NCBI GenBank assembly: GCA_964016885.1
Contig: OZ024762.1
Location: forward strand, 4,898,001 to 4,962,000
From: Eledone cirrhosa
Lineage: Eukaryota
Reading direction: 5' to 3'
Length of the DNA stretch: 64,000 nucleotides
The translations under genes were made by a program, and so were the position numbers. Positions 25,440-38,929 of this stretch are shown piece by piece; the stretch's first letter is position 1, and the number at the start of each line of letters is the position of its first letter. Under the pieces are notes generated by a model. The model saw only the letters and a program-made list of their open reading frames with translations, searched no databases and was not told the DNA's origin.

Positions 25440-27390
25440 ACTCACACACACACACACTCACACACTCACACACAGATACACACACACACATACACACCAC
25501 ACCGACACACACACACTCACATACACACACACACACTCACACACAGATACACACACATACACACCGACACACACACACACACACGTATACATTCACACAC
25601 ACCGACACACCCACATACACACTCACACACACACACACACTCACACACAGATACACACACATACACATACACACCACACCGACACACACACACACACACA
25701 CACATACACACACTCACATACACACACTCACATACACACACACACACTCACACACACACACTCACACACAGATACACACACATACACACCGACACACACA
25801 CACACACACGTATACATTCACACACACCGACACACCCACATACACACTCACACACACACACACTCACACACTCACACACAGATACACACACATACACATA
25901 CACACCACACCGACACACACACACACACACACACATACACACACTCACATACACACACTCACATACACACACACACACTCACACACACACACTCACACAC
26001 AGATACACACACATACACACCGACACACACACACACACGTATACATTCACACACACCGACACACCCACATACACGCTCACACACACACACACTCACACAC
26101 TCACACACAGATACACACACATACACATACACACCACACCGACACACACACACACACACACACACATACACACACTCACATACACACACTCACATACACA
26201 CACACACACTCACACACACACACTCACACACAGATACACACACATACACACCGACACACACACACACACACGTATACATTCACACACACCGACACACCCA
26301 CATACACACTCACACACACACACACTCACACACTCACACACACACACACACACCAACACACACACAGACTCTATGCTTTCGTCATGAGCCGTCGTAATGT
26401 TTTCTTAATGTAAACTCTTTGTGGTAAATAAAGAAATGATTATTATCATTATCATAAGCCCTGATTAACTTTTTCAGGTTCCACTTGAGGAGGAAAATGA
26501 GGGTAGAGAGAGAAGTGCTGCCTTGAAAGCAATTTGTTGAAATGTGTGTGAGAGGACCTGCTCTGAGTGTGAACCTGTAGATTGGAGGAGTGCAACTGGG
26601 GCAGGGCACTTACCTTAGAGATCTGAACATCCGTGGTTTTATGGGGGTTTTTTTCCCCACGAGTGACCCTCGAACGTCTCCTCCGTATTGAAGAACCTTC
26701 TTTTAATTGTTTTGACTTTGTTAAAATTTGTTTACACGCAAAACCCACACACAAACACACACAACACATACACACACATACTTACACACACATACTTACA
26801 CACACTCTCATACATACACACACACACCACATACACCACATACACACACATACTCACACACACATACTTACACACACTCTCATACATACACACACACAAA
26901 CACACACAACACATACACACATACTCACACACACATACTTACACACACTCTCATACATACACACACACCACATACACCACATACACACACATACTCACAC
27001 ACACATACTTACACACACTCTCATACATACACACACACAAACACACACAACACATACACACACATACTCACACACACATACTTACACACACTGTATCATA
27101 CATACACACACACAAACACACACAACACATACACACACATACTCACACACACATACTTACACACACTGTATCATACATACACACACACAAACACACACAA
27201 CACATACACACACATACTCACACCCACATACTTACACACACTCTCATACAAACACACACAACACATACACACACATACTCACACACACATACTTACACAC
27301 ACTCTCATACATACACACACACTATGTTTTCGTCCTGTACTGTCATAATGTTTTTCTTGATGTAAACCCTTTGTGGTTGATAAAGAAATG
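25283..27390 (+). mobile_element. Two Tx1-like LINE 3' ends, each with a large CA-rich expansion (25386-26367; 26745-27322)
   Basis: Flanks match the Tx1 3' region and terminate in CTTTGTGG..ATAAAGAAATG. The first CA tract has a ~230-bp higher-order period. Confidence 0.7.
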
Positions 27391-27513
27391 CGGTGGATTG
27401 GCAGTATCGGTAGAGCGTCAGGCAGCATGCTTTACAGCATAGAGTTATGGCCCTTTACGTTCTGAGTTCTAATCCCGTCGCGGTTAATTTTGCCTTTCAT
27501 CTTTACGGGGTTG

Positions 27514-27870
27514 ATAAAATAAAGTACCAGTAATGCACTGGGGGTAATTGCTGGTCTTGTGCCAAAAGTAGAAACAATTATTATAAAATAAAGTACCAGT
27601 AATGCACTGGGGGTAATTGCTGGTCTTGTGCCAAAAGTAGAAACAATTATTATAAAATAAAGTACCAGTAATGCACTGGGGGTAATTGCTGGTCTTGTGC
27701 CTAACGTAGAAACAATTATTATAAAATAAAGAACCAGTAATGCACTGGGGATAATTGCTGGCCTTGTGCCAAAAGTAGAAACAATTATTATAAAATAAAG
27801 TACCAGTAATGCACTGGGGGTAATTGCTGGCCTTGTGCCTAACGTAGAAACAATTATTATTATTATTATT
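27514..27870 (+). repeat. Five tandem 69-bp copies of the SINE 3' half
   Basis: ATAAAATAAAG starts at 27514, 27583, 27652, 27721, 27790. Confidence 0.9.
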
Positions 27871-28109
27871 GCTAGTGTTGGATTGGCAGAATCGGTAGAG
27901 CATCAGACAACCTGCTTTGTGGCATAGAGTTACGGCCTTTTACGAGTTCAAACCCCGCCGAGGTTAGCTTTACCTTTCATCGTTTCGGGATCGATAAAAT
28001 ACCAGTAATACCCTGGGGTCGATTTTATCGACTTTCCCCTACCCCCAAAATTGTTGGCCTTGTGTCTAACGTAGAAACCATTTACTAGGGTGGGAGATTG
28101 GCGATACAG

Positions 28110-28614
28110 AGAGTGTGTATGTGTGTGTGTGTGTGTGTGTGATTGTGTGTTTGTGTATGTGATTATGTGTGTAGATATGTGTGTGATTACGTGTGTGTAA
28201 GATTGTGTGTGTGTGTGTATGTGTGTGTATGTGTGGTTGTGTATGTGATTGTGAGTGTGTGATTGTGTGTGTGTGTGTGTGTATGTGTGTGTGGTTGTGT
28301 ATGTGATTGTGTGTTTGTGTGTGATTGTGTGTGTGTGTGTGTGTGTGATTGTGTGTGTGTGGCTGTGTATGTGAGTGTGTGTGGTTGTGTATGTGATTGT
28401 GTGTGTGTGTATGTGATTGTGTATGTGTGGTTGTGTATGTGATTGTGTGTGTGTGTGTATGTGATTGTGTGTGTGTGTATGTTATTGAGTGTGTGTGTAT
28501 ATGATTGTGTGTGTGTCTGTGCGTGTGTATGTGTGTGTGGTTGTGTATGTGATTGTGTGTGTGTATGTGATTATGTGTGTATGTAAGATTGTGTGTGTGT
28601 GTGGTTGTGTGTGT

Positions 28615-28690
<76 letters not shown>
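28110..28690. repeat. Degenerate (TG)n microsatellite
   Basis: Direct reading. Confidence 0.9.
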
Positions 28691-28691
<1 letters not shown>

Positions 28692-28938
28692 TGTTGTCAT
28701 ATGTCGAGTTGTTATCATTCCGATAGATAATCAAAAAATATACGTGGCCCCAGTTTATTCCCACACCCACGTCACTGATTATGTAACAAATATCTTTAAT
28801 GTGACCTTCTAGTGCTGATCGACCCAGCCCCCACTCTTCTCAACCTTCTTTACCTAGGAACCCCCTTCCATTTCTATTTTACTCAAGTGAACGCCACCTT
28901 CACCATAGCCATTTGATGTGTCATTGCTTGTGGTGGGG

Positions 28939-29980
28939 TTAGTGTTAGTGTTAGAGTTAGTGTTAGGGTTAGTGTTAGAGTTAGTGTTAGGGTTAGTGTT
29001 AGAGTTAGTGTTAGGGTTAGGGTTAGTGTTAGGGTTAGTGTTAGTGTTAGAGTTAGTGTTAGTGTTAGAGTTAGTGTTAGTGTTAGAGTTAGTGTTAGGG
29101 TTAGGGTTAGGGTTAGGGTTAGTGTTAGAGTTAGTGTTAGGATTAGTGTTAGTGTTAGAGTTAGTGTTAGGGTTAGAGTTAGTGTTAGGGTTTGGGTTAG
29201 TGTTAGAGTTAGTGATAGTGTTAGAGTTAGTGTTAGGGTTAGAGTTAGTGTTAGGGTTAGTGTTAGAGTTAGTGTTAGGGTTAGAGTTAGTGTTAGGGTT
29301 AATGTTAGAGTTAGTGTTAGTGTTAGAGTTACTATTAGTGTTAGAGTTAGTGTTAGAGTTAGGGTTTGTGTTAGAGTTAGAGTTAGTGTTAGTGCTAGAG
29401 TTAGTGTTAGAGTTAGTGTTAGTGTTAGAGTTAGAGTTAGTGTTAGAGTTAGTGTTAGAGTTAGTGTTAGAGTTAGTGTTAGCGTTAGGGTTTGGGTTAG
29501 TGTTAGAGTTAGTGTTAGAGTTAGTGTTAGAGTTAATGTTAGAGTTAGAGTTAGAGTTAGTGTTAGAGTTAGAGTTAGTGTTAGAGTTAGTGTTAGTGTG
29601 AGTGTTAGTGTTAGTGTTAGTGTTAGGGTTTGGGTTAGTGTTAGAGTTAGTGTTAGCGTTAGTGTTAGAGTTAGTGTTAGAGTTAGTGTTAGTGTTAGTG
29701 TTAGAGTTAGGGTTTAGGTTAGTGTTAGTGTGAGAGTTAGTGTTAGTGTTAGTGTTAGAGTTAGTGTTAGAGTTAGTGTTAGAGTTAGTGTTAGAGTTAG
29801 TGTTAGAGTTAGTGTTAGCGTTAGGGTTAGAGTTAGGGTTTAGGTTAGTGTTAGTGTGAGAGTTAGTGTTAGTGTTAGTGTTAGTGTTAGTGTTAGGGTT
29901 TGGGTTAGTGTTAGAGTTAGTGTTAGTGTTAGAGTTAGAGTTAGTGTTAGTGTTAGAGTTAGTGTTAGTGTTAGGGTTAG
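28939..29980 (+). repeat. Telomere-like hexamer array (TTAGTG/TTAGAG/TTAGGG)n
   Basis: ~1 kb, 6-bp period, with runs of canonical TTAGGG; fused to a 5'-truncated SINE. Confidence 0.9.
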
Positions 29981-31387
29981 TATCGGTAGAGGATCGGACA
30001 CCATGCTTTGCAACAAAGAGTTACGGCCCTTTATGGTCTGAGTCCAAATCCCGTCGAGGTTAACTTTGCCTTTCATCCTTACGGGGTCGATAAATAAAGT
30101 ACCAGCGGTATACAATTATATAAAGTTTTTGATGGATCCTTAAAATACTACTGTGGACCCTCTGATTTACTATTATTATTGTGTGTGTGGCGGTGGATTG
30201 GCAGTATCGGTAGAGGGTCGGACGCCATGCTTTCCAGCATAGTTACGTCCCTTTACCATCTGAGTTCAAATCCCGCCGAAGTTGACTTTGCCTTTCATCC
30301 TTACGGGGTCGATAAAATAAAGTACCAGTAATGCACTAGAAACAATTATTGTGTGTGTGTGTGTGCGTGTGTGTGTATGTGTGTGTGTGTATGAGTGTGT
30401 GTGTGAGTGTGTGAGTGTCTGTGTGTGTATTAGTGTATGTGTGTGTGTGTGTGTAAGTGGGTATGTGTGTGTGTGAGAGAGTGTCTGTGTGTGAGTGTCT
30501 GTGTGTGTAAGTGCATGTGTGCGTGAGTGTGTGTGTGTGTCTGCGTGTGTATGTGTGTGTGTGAGTGTGAGTGTGAGTGTCTGTGTGTGTGAGTGTGTGA
30601 GTGTATGTGTGTGTCTGTGTGTGTATGTGTCTGTGTGTGTGTGAGTGTCTATGTGTGTGTGTGAGTGTGTATGTGTGTGTGGGAGGGAGAGTGTCTGTGA
30701 GTGTGTGTGAGTGTGTGTGTGTGTGGCCCCAATTGTTATATGGACCAGCTGAATATGTGTTGTTGGAGTAGGGATGTGTGGGGTAGGGATGTATGTGGAG
30801 TGAGGTGGAGTGTATGTGTTGTAGGTATGTATGTGGGGGGTTATAAATGTGGCCTCCCGAGGGTGTGTTGCTCTCATCGATAGGTTATTTAGCTTATAGG
30901 TAAGTCTAGCACAGGCAAAGGTCTTCTTTTCGGTTATAAGACAGTTCGGCGAGATTTGAGGGAGAATTGGCTGCTATTTCTAGCAAATTAGTCGACCATA
31001 TCGAAACTTCTTGCTGATTCATGATTTAAAAGTAATGAAAGGGAGATAACTTGACCTGAGGCGTCATTTTCTGTGACAAAAAGTTTCATTCAGAGTGATT
31101 TTTTTTAACGATCCTTTTTTTGTTTGTTTGTTTGTATATATGTATGTATGTACGTATGTATGTGTGTGTGTATGTATGTATGTGTGTATGTATGTATGTA
31201 CGTATGCATGTATGTGTGTATGTATGTATGTATGTATGTATGTATGTATATATGCATGTATGTGTGTATATATGTATGTGTATGTATGCATGTGTATGCA
31301 TGCATGTGTAGATATGGATGTGTATGTTTTGAGTTGTATGTGTGCATGTGTATATGCTTTGTATCTGTACATGTATATATGCAGTTA

Positions 31388-32573
31388 TTAGATGCAAAAT
31401 TTTTGGAATGTTTTACATATTTGTACTGTTCCATTAATGGATTGTACTTGTAATTTCCATACTAGTTGTGTTCTTTCTGTTCCTGTGAAGCCTAGCTTCT
31501 CAAGATTTGTATTGAGGCAGTTACTAACATATCCCAGTGCCCCAATAATCACAGGCATAAATCTGAAGGTGTAATCAGGGTGGAGTATCTGCAGATTTCT
31601 CATCAGTTCTGCATAAATATTCTCCTTTTCACTAATCTTTGATATTATATTGGCATCTGCTGGGCAGCTAATTTCCACTACTGTGCATGTTTTCTTCTCC
31701 CTGTCCCATATCATAATATCTGGTCTATTATGCCTGCATTTTATTGGGGTTTTTACTGGAACATTCCACCAGTACTCTTTCATATTATGTACATGGGTGT
31801 CTTCCACATTGTTGTAGCTTTTAATGTGTTTATTATCGGGGCTATCTTTTCTACAGATTGCATTGTACAGTGTTTTGGCCACGACATCATGCCTCATAGG
31901 TAGATAGTACCGCAATGACATCTTTGGACAGCTGCTGATGACATGGGTGATATCCTCGATATTAGTTCTGCAGAGTCTGCACTTGTTATCACATCTAGGT
32001 GTTTTGCCTGCACCCCTATCTCTTTTGTGAATCAGGTATTTCGTGCTAATCTCCTGTTCCTGGATTGCAAAAGCGTATCCTACAAAGTGGGAGCCAATAT
32101 AGCGGTTGTTGGTCCAAGATAGACTACTTTCCTTATCTATATTACTCTCACTCTAGAGCTTCCTGGCATCATATCCATGCATGATTTTTTGCTGATAGGC
32201 ATGCAGTTTTTCATCCATGGATTCACTGCGATACTACTGAGCGACATCCCTGGGTGTGAGTTTTTGATTATCACACAGGGAATATCTCTCAAGGAGTTCC
32301 TTCCCAACTCTCATGATCTTATCTGTTTCATGCAGATAGACTTGCTCGAGAAACGGGCTCCTACGCTTCGAGGTTCGTAGATGTTGTCGGAGAGATATGA
32401 TGCGACATTCAAATATTGTCTGGACTGATGTTAGGCCTCTGCCTATCCTGCTTACGTTTCAAGTAAAGGCGGTTTATGTCACTGTTGATGTGGAAGTTTC
32501 TGGTGTTGTTCAGTATTTTTCGAGTTCCAACATCAACTGCTCGGATTTCGTCTATCATCCAATTGAGTATTCC
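31388..32573 (-). mobile_element. Second R4/Dong-like RLE LINE, 3' fragment
   Basis: GILNW..TRKIL..INRLYLKR; AIQEQEI; CRLC..HVISSC; RHDVVAK..NRPDIMIWD..VEISCP..PVIIGALG. Confidence 0.85.
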
Positions 32574-35047
32574 ATGTATGTATGTATGTATGTACGTACG
32601 TATGTATTGCTAAATGGGTAACCCGACCTTGTGTGTGATGAGTGAAATTCAGCTTATCCAGTGCGACTGCAACCCTAAAGGCCACATCTTATGATAATTG
32701 TTTCTACTTTAGGCACAAGGCCAGCAATTACCCAGTGCATTACTGGTACTTTATTTTATCGACCCTGTAAGGATGAAAGGCAAAGTCAACCTCGGCGGGA
32801 TTTGAACATCTTATGATAATGGTTTCTGATTTAGGCACAAGGCCAGCTATTAGAGTTGTAGGAGCGCCGTATTGACATATGGTGTTTCTTTGACATTCTT
32901 TAGCCTGGGAGAGCCCCATCCCCCTCCAGGTCTGAGTACAGCAGATTTCTTCCAGAGAAAGATTAAACGGATGAAAGGAAAAGTTAACCTTGGTGGGATT
33001 TGAACTCAGAGAGCAGAAAGTCGGAATGGCTACCATAAAGCTTTCTGTCCGACGTTCTAGCGACTCTGCCAATTCGCCGCCTATGTTTGAAAGTATAGGG
33101 GAGAAAGTCAATTTACCAACCCCAGTACTTTATCGAACCCTAGAAAATGAAAGGCTAATTTGACGTTGGTGGGATTTGAACTCAGGACTTAAAGAACCGA
33201 AGTCCACCGAATTAAAGGTCGGAATATATTTTGTTATGAAGTTAAATCATAAAATATCTTTGGTATGTTTTTATTTAACCCAGAGGCTCTCGAAGTGGGC
33301 GGGCGCTACCGCCCTGCCCACCCCGGGGACGTTGAGAAGGTCCAGGAGGGCGCTGGAGCCTAGGGGTGGGGGGTAGTAGAGATGATATAATAGTATCTTA
33401 AATATCAAATTATACATATTATAAATAAATATAGTAAAATAAAAAAAAATATAATATTTATACATAGTATATATTATATTATTTATTGTGGATTGGCAGT
33501 ATGGGTAGAGGGTCGGACGCCATGCTTTCCAGCAGAGTTACGTCCCTTTACGATCTGAGTTCAAATCCCGCCGAGGTTGACTTTGCCTTTCATCCTTACG
33601 GGGTCGATAAAATATAGTACCAGTAATGCACTGGGTAATTGCTGGCCTTGTGCCTAACGTAGAAACAATTATTTATTATATATAAATTAACGATTTTATT
33701 ATATATGATTTACAATTTGGAAATAGGGGTGGGAGCGTTGAGGTTATTACGTGGCCATGCGGGGGGGGGGGGGGGGGTCCAAAAGGTTTGGGAATCTGAT
33801 TTAAACGAAAATAAGAATGGAATGCCTTTGTATCAATTCTTTGTTACATTGTGTCGTAAATATTTCGAATTATTTTCCTTAGTCATATTGTAGAGGATAT
33901 AAATATTTCACCAAATTATTCAATCATGTTCTATAGAATTCTCATTGTTTTAAAATATTAATGTTGCTGTACCTGTCGTTAAAATGTCTGTCACGTTGGA
34001 AAGAGAATGGTAAGTGTGTGTGTGTGATGGAAGGAGGAAGGGAGAGATAGAAGGAAGAAAGAGAGAGAGGAAAGCAAGAGGGACAGAGACAGAAAGAGAG
34101 AGAGAGAGTGTGTGTGTGTGAGGGAAGGGAGGGGAGAGAGAGAGGTGGGTTATATATATATATATATATATATAACCCACCTCTCTCTCTCCCCTCCTAT
34201 ATATATATAGTATATATATATATATATATATATATAAGAATAAACGTGCTGCATGGTTGCTAATGGGTTACATATGAATAAAGTTAGTCCTTCATCGGTG
34301 ATCTTCCAACCATCATTGGTATTTCATCGCTTTAAAGACCATATACCTCCGGTTGGTGCGAGTAACGGCTAAAAAAAAGTCGTTGGGACACGTAAATAAA
34401 GGGGACACGAGTGTAAACAAACAAAGATGGTGAAGCAACGAAAAGTGAGGAAGAAGGAGTCAAGTCCCAAATTTCTATGAATTTAAATTCGGTGAAATCG
34501 TGAACGAGAGAGAATAAAGACCATCAAACCTGGTTGGAATGTGAGCAAGGAAGGAATTCCGTACGGGTCTAACGGGAGGAAGAAGGGATCTAGTCTGTGA
34601 ATTCGGTGAACGTAAGTTCTGTGAAATCGTAGACGAGAGAGAGAGCCTCCCAAAAGTCAGCTCAAAAGTGACACAGAGGAGACTGAGGTTAGCTGCTCAC
34701 CAACATTCAGAGTTGACACTGCACTCAGTGCTCCTGTGGGAGCCCCTGCATAGACACACTGGAAGAGCAAGACCGAGGTTAACATATGTTGATGCCCTCT
34801 CGTACGTATATTTGATTGTATATGTTATGGCGTATATATTATATATTCTGGTACATATGCTTTTGGTTATGTGTATACGTGAGTTTTGCGTCTGTATGAG
34901 TATGTAGGGTGTGTGTATATGTGTACTTTGTGTTTTAGTTGAAGTACGTCGCCGAACATATGTGTATTTACATGTAGGTATGTGTGCGCGCTTGTTATAT
35001 ACGTATTTATTTATTTATATGCGTTTATTTAATTATATGTATACACG

Positions 35048-35095
<48 letters not shown>

Positions 35096-35875
35096 ATATA
35101 TATTTTTATGTATATTTGGTGTATACATTCGTATGCGTGCGGGCACAGGCGTTGCGTGGGTTCTGTATGTGCGTGCGTTTTTTTTTTTTTTCGTTTTTTT
35201 TTTGTGTGTACGTGCGTGTATACCCATGACGAGTGTTTTCGCGTATGCTTGTGTATGTACGTATATGGATGCGTGTATGTATTTATTTAATTTCAATTAC
35301 CTCTGTATTGTATTTACTTTATTCTTAACTCTGAAGCCGAGAATCATTCGGTTTCCTAGTTAGAATTTTAGTCTACGACTTCAGTTATAACATAAACGTG
35401 GTTTTGTCTTTGCGTGCAATTGTTCTCCACGCTCCACATATGACGTATTATCTTCGTTTTTTCCGTCCATAGCCAGAGAATGTCTCTATGAACCACCTAA
35501 TAGAATATTAGTCTACGACTTCTTTTATACCATAAACGTGGTTTTGTCTTTGCGTGTAATTGTTTTTCACCGCTCCAAATAATGACGTATTATCTTCGTT
35601 TTTTTCCCGTTCTTTGCCAGGGAACGTTTCCACGAACCAAAGTATCGTCTTCCTGTCTTCCTCCGGTTGCAACGTTTATTGAAATATTCACTTCTGCGTT
35701 CACAGATTGACTTTGTTAGTTTCAGAAGATCCCGTTAAGGGTGAAAGCAGCGATTCTTTGCTTAAACTTTAATCTGTTATTTTAATAAATATTTGCTCTA
35801 CGGTTCTTATATATTTGATATATATTTATCCTTATCGAGCGCTCTTTGGATTTTAGTCTTCAAATTTATTATTAT

Positions 35876-35953
<78 letters not shown>

Positions 35954-36449
35954 GAAATGATAATTTGTAGTGAAATGTGACAGATATCAATTACAAAAAT
36001 AAATAGGCTATTTTGCCTGTCCCGGTAAAATAGACAAACATGCTTTTTAAGCTTATTTTACTTGTAAATATAAATAGGGTTAGAGTTTAAATTGTCTTTA
36101 ACAATTGGTGAAAATAAATAAACTTAAATCTGTGTTGTTATATTCAACATTACCTACCTTCATAATAATTGTTTCTACTCTTGGCACAAGGCCAACAATT
36201 ACCCCAGTGCATTACTGGTACTTTATTTTATCGACCCCGTAAGGATGAAAGACAAATTAACCTCGGTGGGATTTGAACTCAGATCGTAAAGGGACGTAAC
36301 TCTATGCTACAAAGCATGACGTCAGATCCTCTACCGATACTGCCAACTCACCTGCCTTCATAATAATGGCTTCTGATTTAGGCACAAGGCCAACAATTTT
36401 GGGAGAGGAGAAAGTCCATTAAATCAACCCTAGTGCATTACTGGTACTT

Positions 36450-38289
36450 TATTTTATCGACCCTCGTAGGGATGAAAGACAAAGCTGACCTCGGCGGGAT
36501 TTGAACTCGGACCTTAAAAGGTTGAAACTCTATACTGAAAAGCATGGTGTCTGACACTGTTACCGGCAAAATAACCTGGGGATCCATTTTCCGGGGACCG
36601 GTAAAATAGCCTCTTCCTAAATTGTTTCTTTGGTAATTACACGTCTCTCGTTGCAGGGGCAATGTAGGTTTTTTCTATGGGTGTTTTTAATGAATCGTCC
36701 CTTTCTTTTGTTTTCTTTTTCTTCTTCGCGCACTTATTCCTGAGAATGGGTTGAGTCTATATGGGAGTGGGGTCAGAGTCCTCAAACACTCCTTCCAGCA
36801 GGTCCTGTCAGAAGCAACCATTTCCAATTGATCCGGCTGAATCCCCCGAGTGAATGGATGTTATCCTACCATCTTGCTTGTGGTCTACTCCTGGGTCTCC
36901 CGTCGATTGATTTTGCCCGGAAAATATTTCCAGCGATTATTTTCATTTAAATGAATCTGACCTTCAAAATTGTCGGAAATCATTTGTTTATTTTTTTGGG
37001 GGGGGGGGTTTTCTCCTTCCGTAGGACATGCTTTGCGGCATCAGTTACGGCCCTTTATGTTCTGAGTTCAAATCCCACCGATGTTAGTTTTGACTTTCAT
37101 CATTGGGGGTCAATAAAATAAAGTGCTAGTAACTGGGGTCGATTTAATTGACTTTCCCTTCCCCAAAAATTGTTGACCTTGACTTAAATTAGAAATCATT
37201 ACTATAGAAAAAAATATTGTCCTTATTAATTGGTGCATTAGCAAAATTAATAGAGCAGCAAATAAAATGTGGTTTTCGTATTTTTACATTCTGAGTTTAA
37301 ATCACTGGACAGATTTTACGGGCAAAACCAATCAACAGGAGACCAGACCTGCCAACCTCTAAAAGCTCAAACAAGAAGTACCATTAGGAAAAATACCACA
37401 AAATGGGGAGATTTTACATAATGAAAGCTATACCCATTTTTCACAAGAAAAAACATCTCTTGTCTATCCCAAAGTGGGTGAGAGATCTCCCCGTCGGACC
37501 TAGAGGTAGACCCCGAACAAGATGGTTGGATCTCGGCTAGTCTCACTTGGGGATCCAGCCGAATCAATTAGAAATGGTTGCTTCTGACAAGACTCACTAG
37601 AAGGACTGTTTAAGGACTCTGGCCCCACGACCTTCTCAGAAATAAGTGGTGCAAGAAAATAATTTTAAATCCTGCTGAGGTCACCTTTGATTTTTATATA
37701 AAGTAGTAGTGATGTACTGCGGTTTATTTAATCAACCTTTCCCGCCTAATACACTGTCCTTGAACCTTATGTATAAATTATATTACTGCATGTATATATG
37801 TATGTACGTAGGTGTATATATATATATGCATGCATATATGTATGTGTGAATATATATATGTGTTCTGTATAAAAACATTTATTCTTAAAAACCACCACTC
37901 CCTTATTTCCCGCCATAACCAACATACACTGTTGTTGTTGGGTTTCTTATCCTAACTACTTGTAACACGGATACAATTGTACTTTTACTTCCGTCTTACT
38001 ACACCACCACCACCACCACCACTATTACTACTACTACCACTACTACAACATAGCCTGTTCACTTGCGTTAATATCTAGACACGCGACATCATGTGGCTTT
38101 AGTGGTTCAAGTGTCTTAGTCGTGTTAAGCAACTGAGAGTACAAGACTGTCTCCTGGAAAGGACGCCAGTCTATTGCAGGGCTAACCCTTTAGCATTTAA
38201 ACCGGCTATATCTGACCAGTAATCTCTCAACTCTTGCTCAAGGACACAGCACACAACCCAGTCCAGGAATCGAATCCACGACATTATGA
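36450..38289 (+). repeat. Direct segmental duplicate, copy 1 (copy 2 at 48254-50097)
   Basis: Near-identical sequence including identical 66-aa spurious ORFs at 37367 and 49181; mosaic of SINE and RTE fragments. Confidence 0.92.
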
Positions 38290-38408
38290 TCGTATGTCCG
38301 ACACCCTTACCACTTGGCCACTCGCCTTCACTAAGCATAGGAAAACGGATGTAGAATTGCTAGCTGTAACTATTTAAATGAATCAAAAATCGGTTTAGAG
38401 AAAGAAAT

Positions 38409-38475
<67 letters not shown>

Positions 38476-38480
<5 letters not shown>

Positions 38481-38726
38481 TAAAGAAAACGAAAAATCAG
38501 TGATTTATCTGGACTTAATTTATTGCGTGTTACAATTGTTTCGCCGGCAGGTAGCTCGAGACATTTGCTCCGAAAGAAATACCCGTGTCTGAAAGAACCT
38601 GCAGAAGTAAAATCAGCCAGATCCATACAGGAACCATGTCTCGAGCTACCTGCCGGCGAAACAATTGTAACACACAATAAATTAAGTCCAGATGCATCAC
38701 TGATTTTTCGTTTTCTTTATACTATC
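38476..38726. repeat. Hairpin element, ~90-bp arms and ~70-bp loop, beside (TA)n
   Basis: TAGTATAAAGAAAACGAAAAATCAGTGA..TCACTGATTTTTCGTTTTCTTTATACTA. Confidence 0.88.
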
Positions 38727-38825
38727 TACACTCTACTCTGCTGAATATCGAGTGCTAATTTTGGCATACCGCCTATGGAAGCACCATAGCTACCATTATA
38801 CACAACTATATATATATATATAAAT

Positions 38826-38929
<104 letters not shown>

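Noticed and set aside
25311-28812. His/Thr-rich and Val/Cys-rich ORFs
   Set aside because: Translations of (CA)n/(TG)n microsatellites.
28918-29601. Leu/Val/Glu-rich 227-aa ORF
   Set aside because: Translation of the (TTAGNG)n array.
38585-38675. Hammerhead in the 38476-38726 hairpin (GAAACAATTGTA)
   Set aside because: A stem-III-like palindrome is present but there is no correctly placed CTGANGA core.
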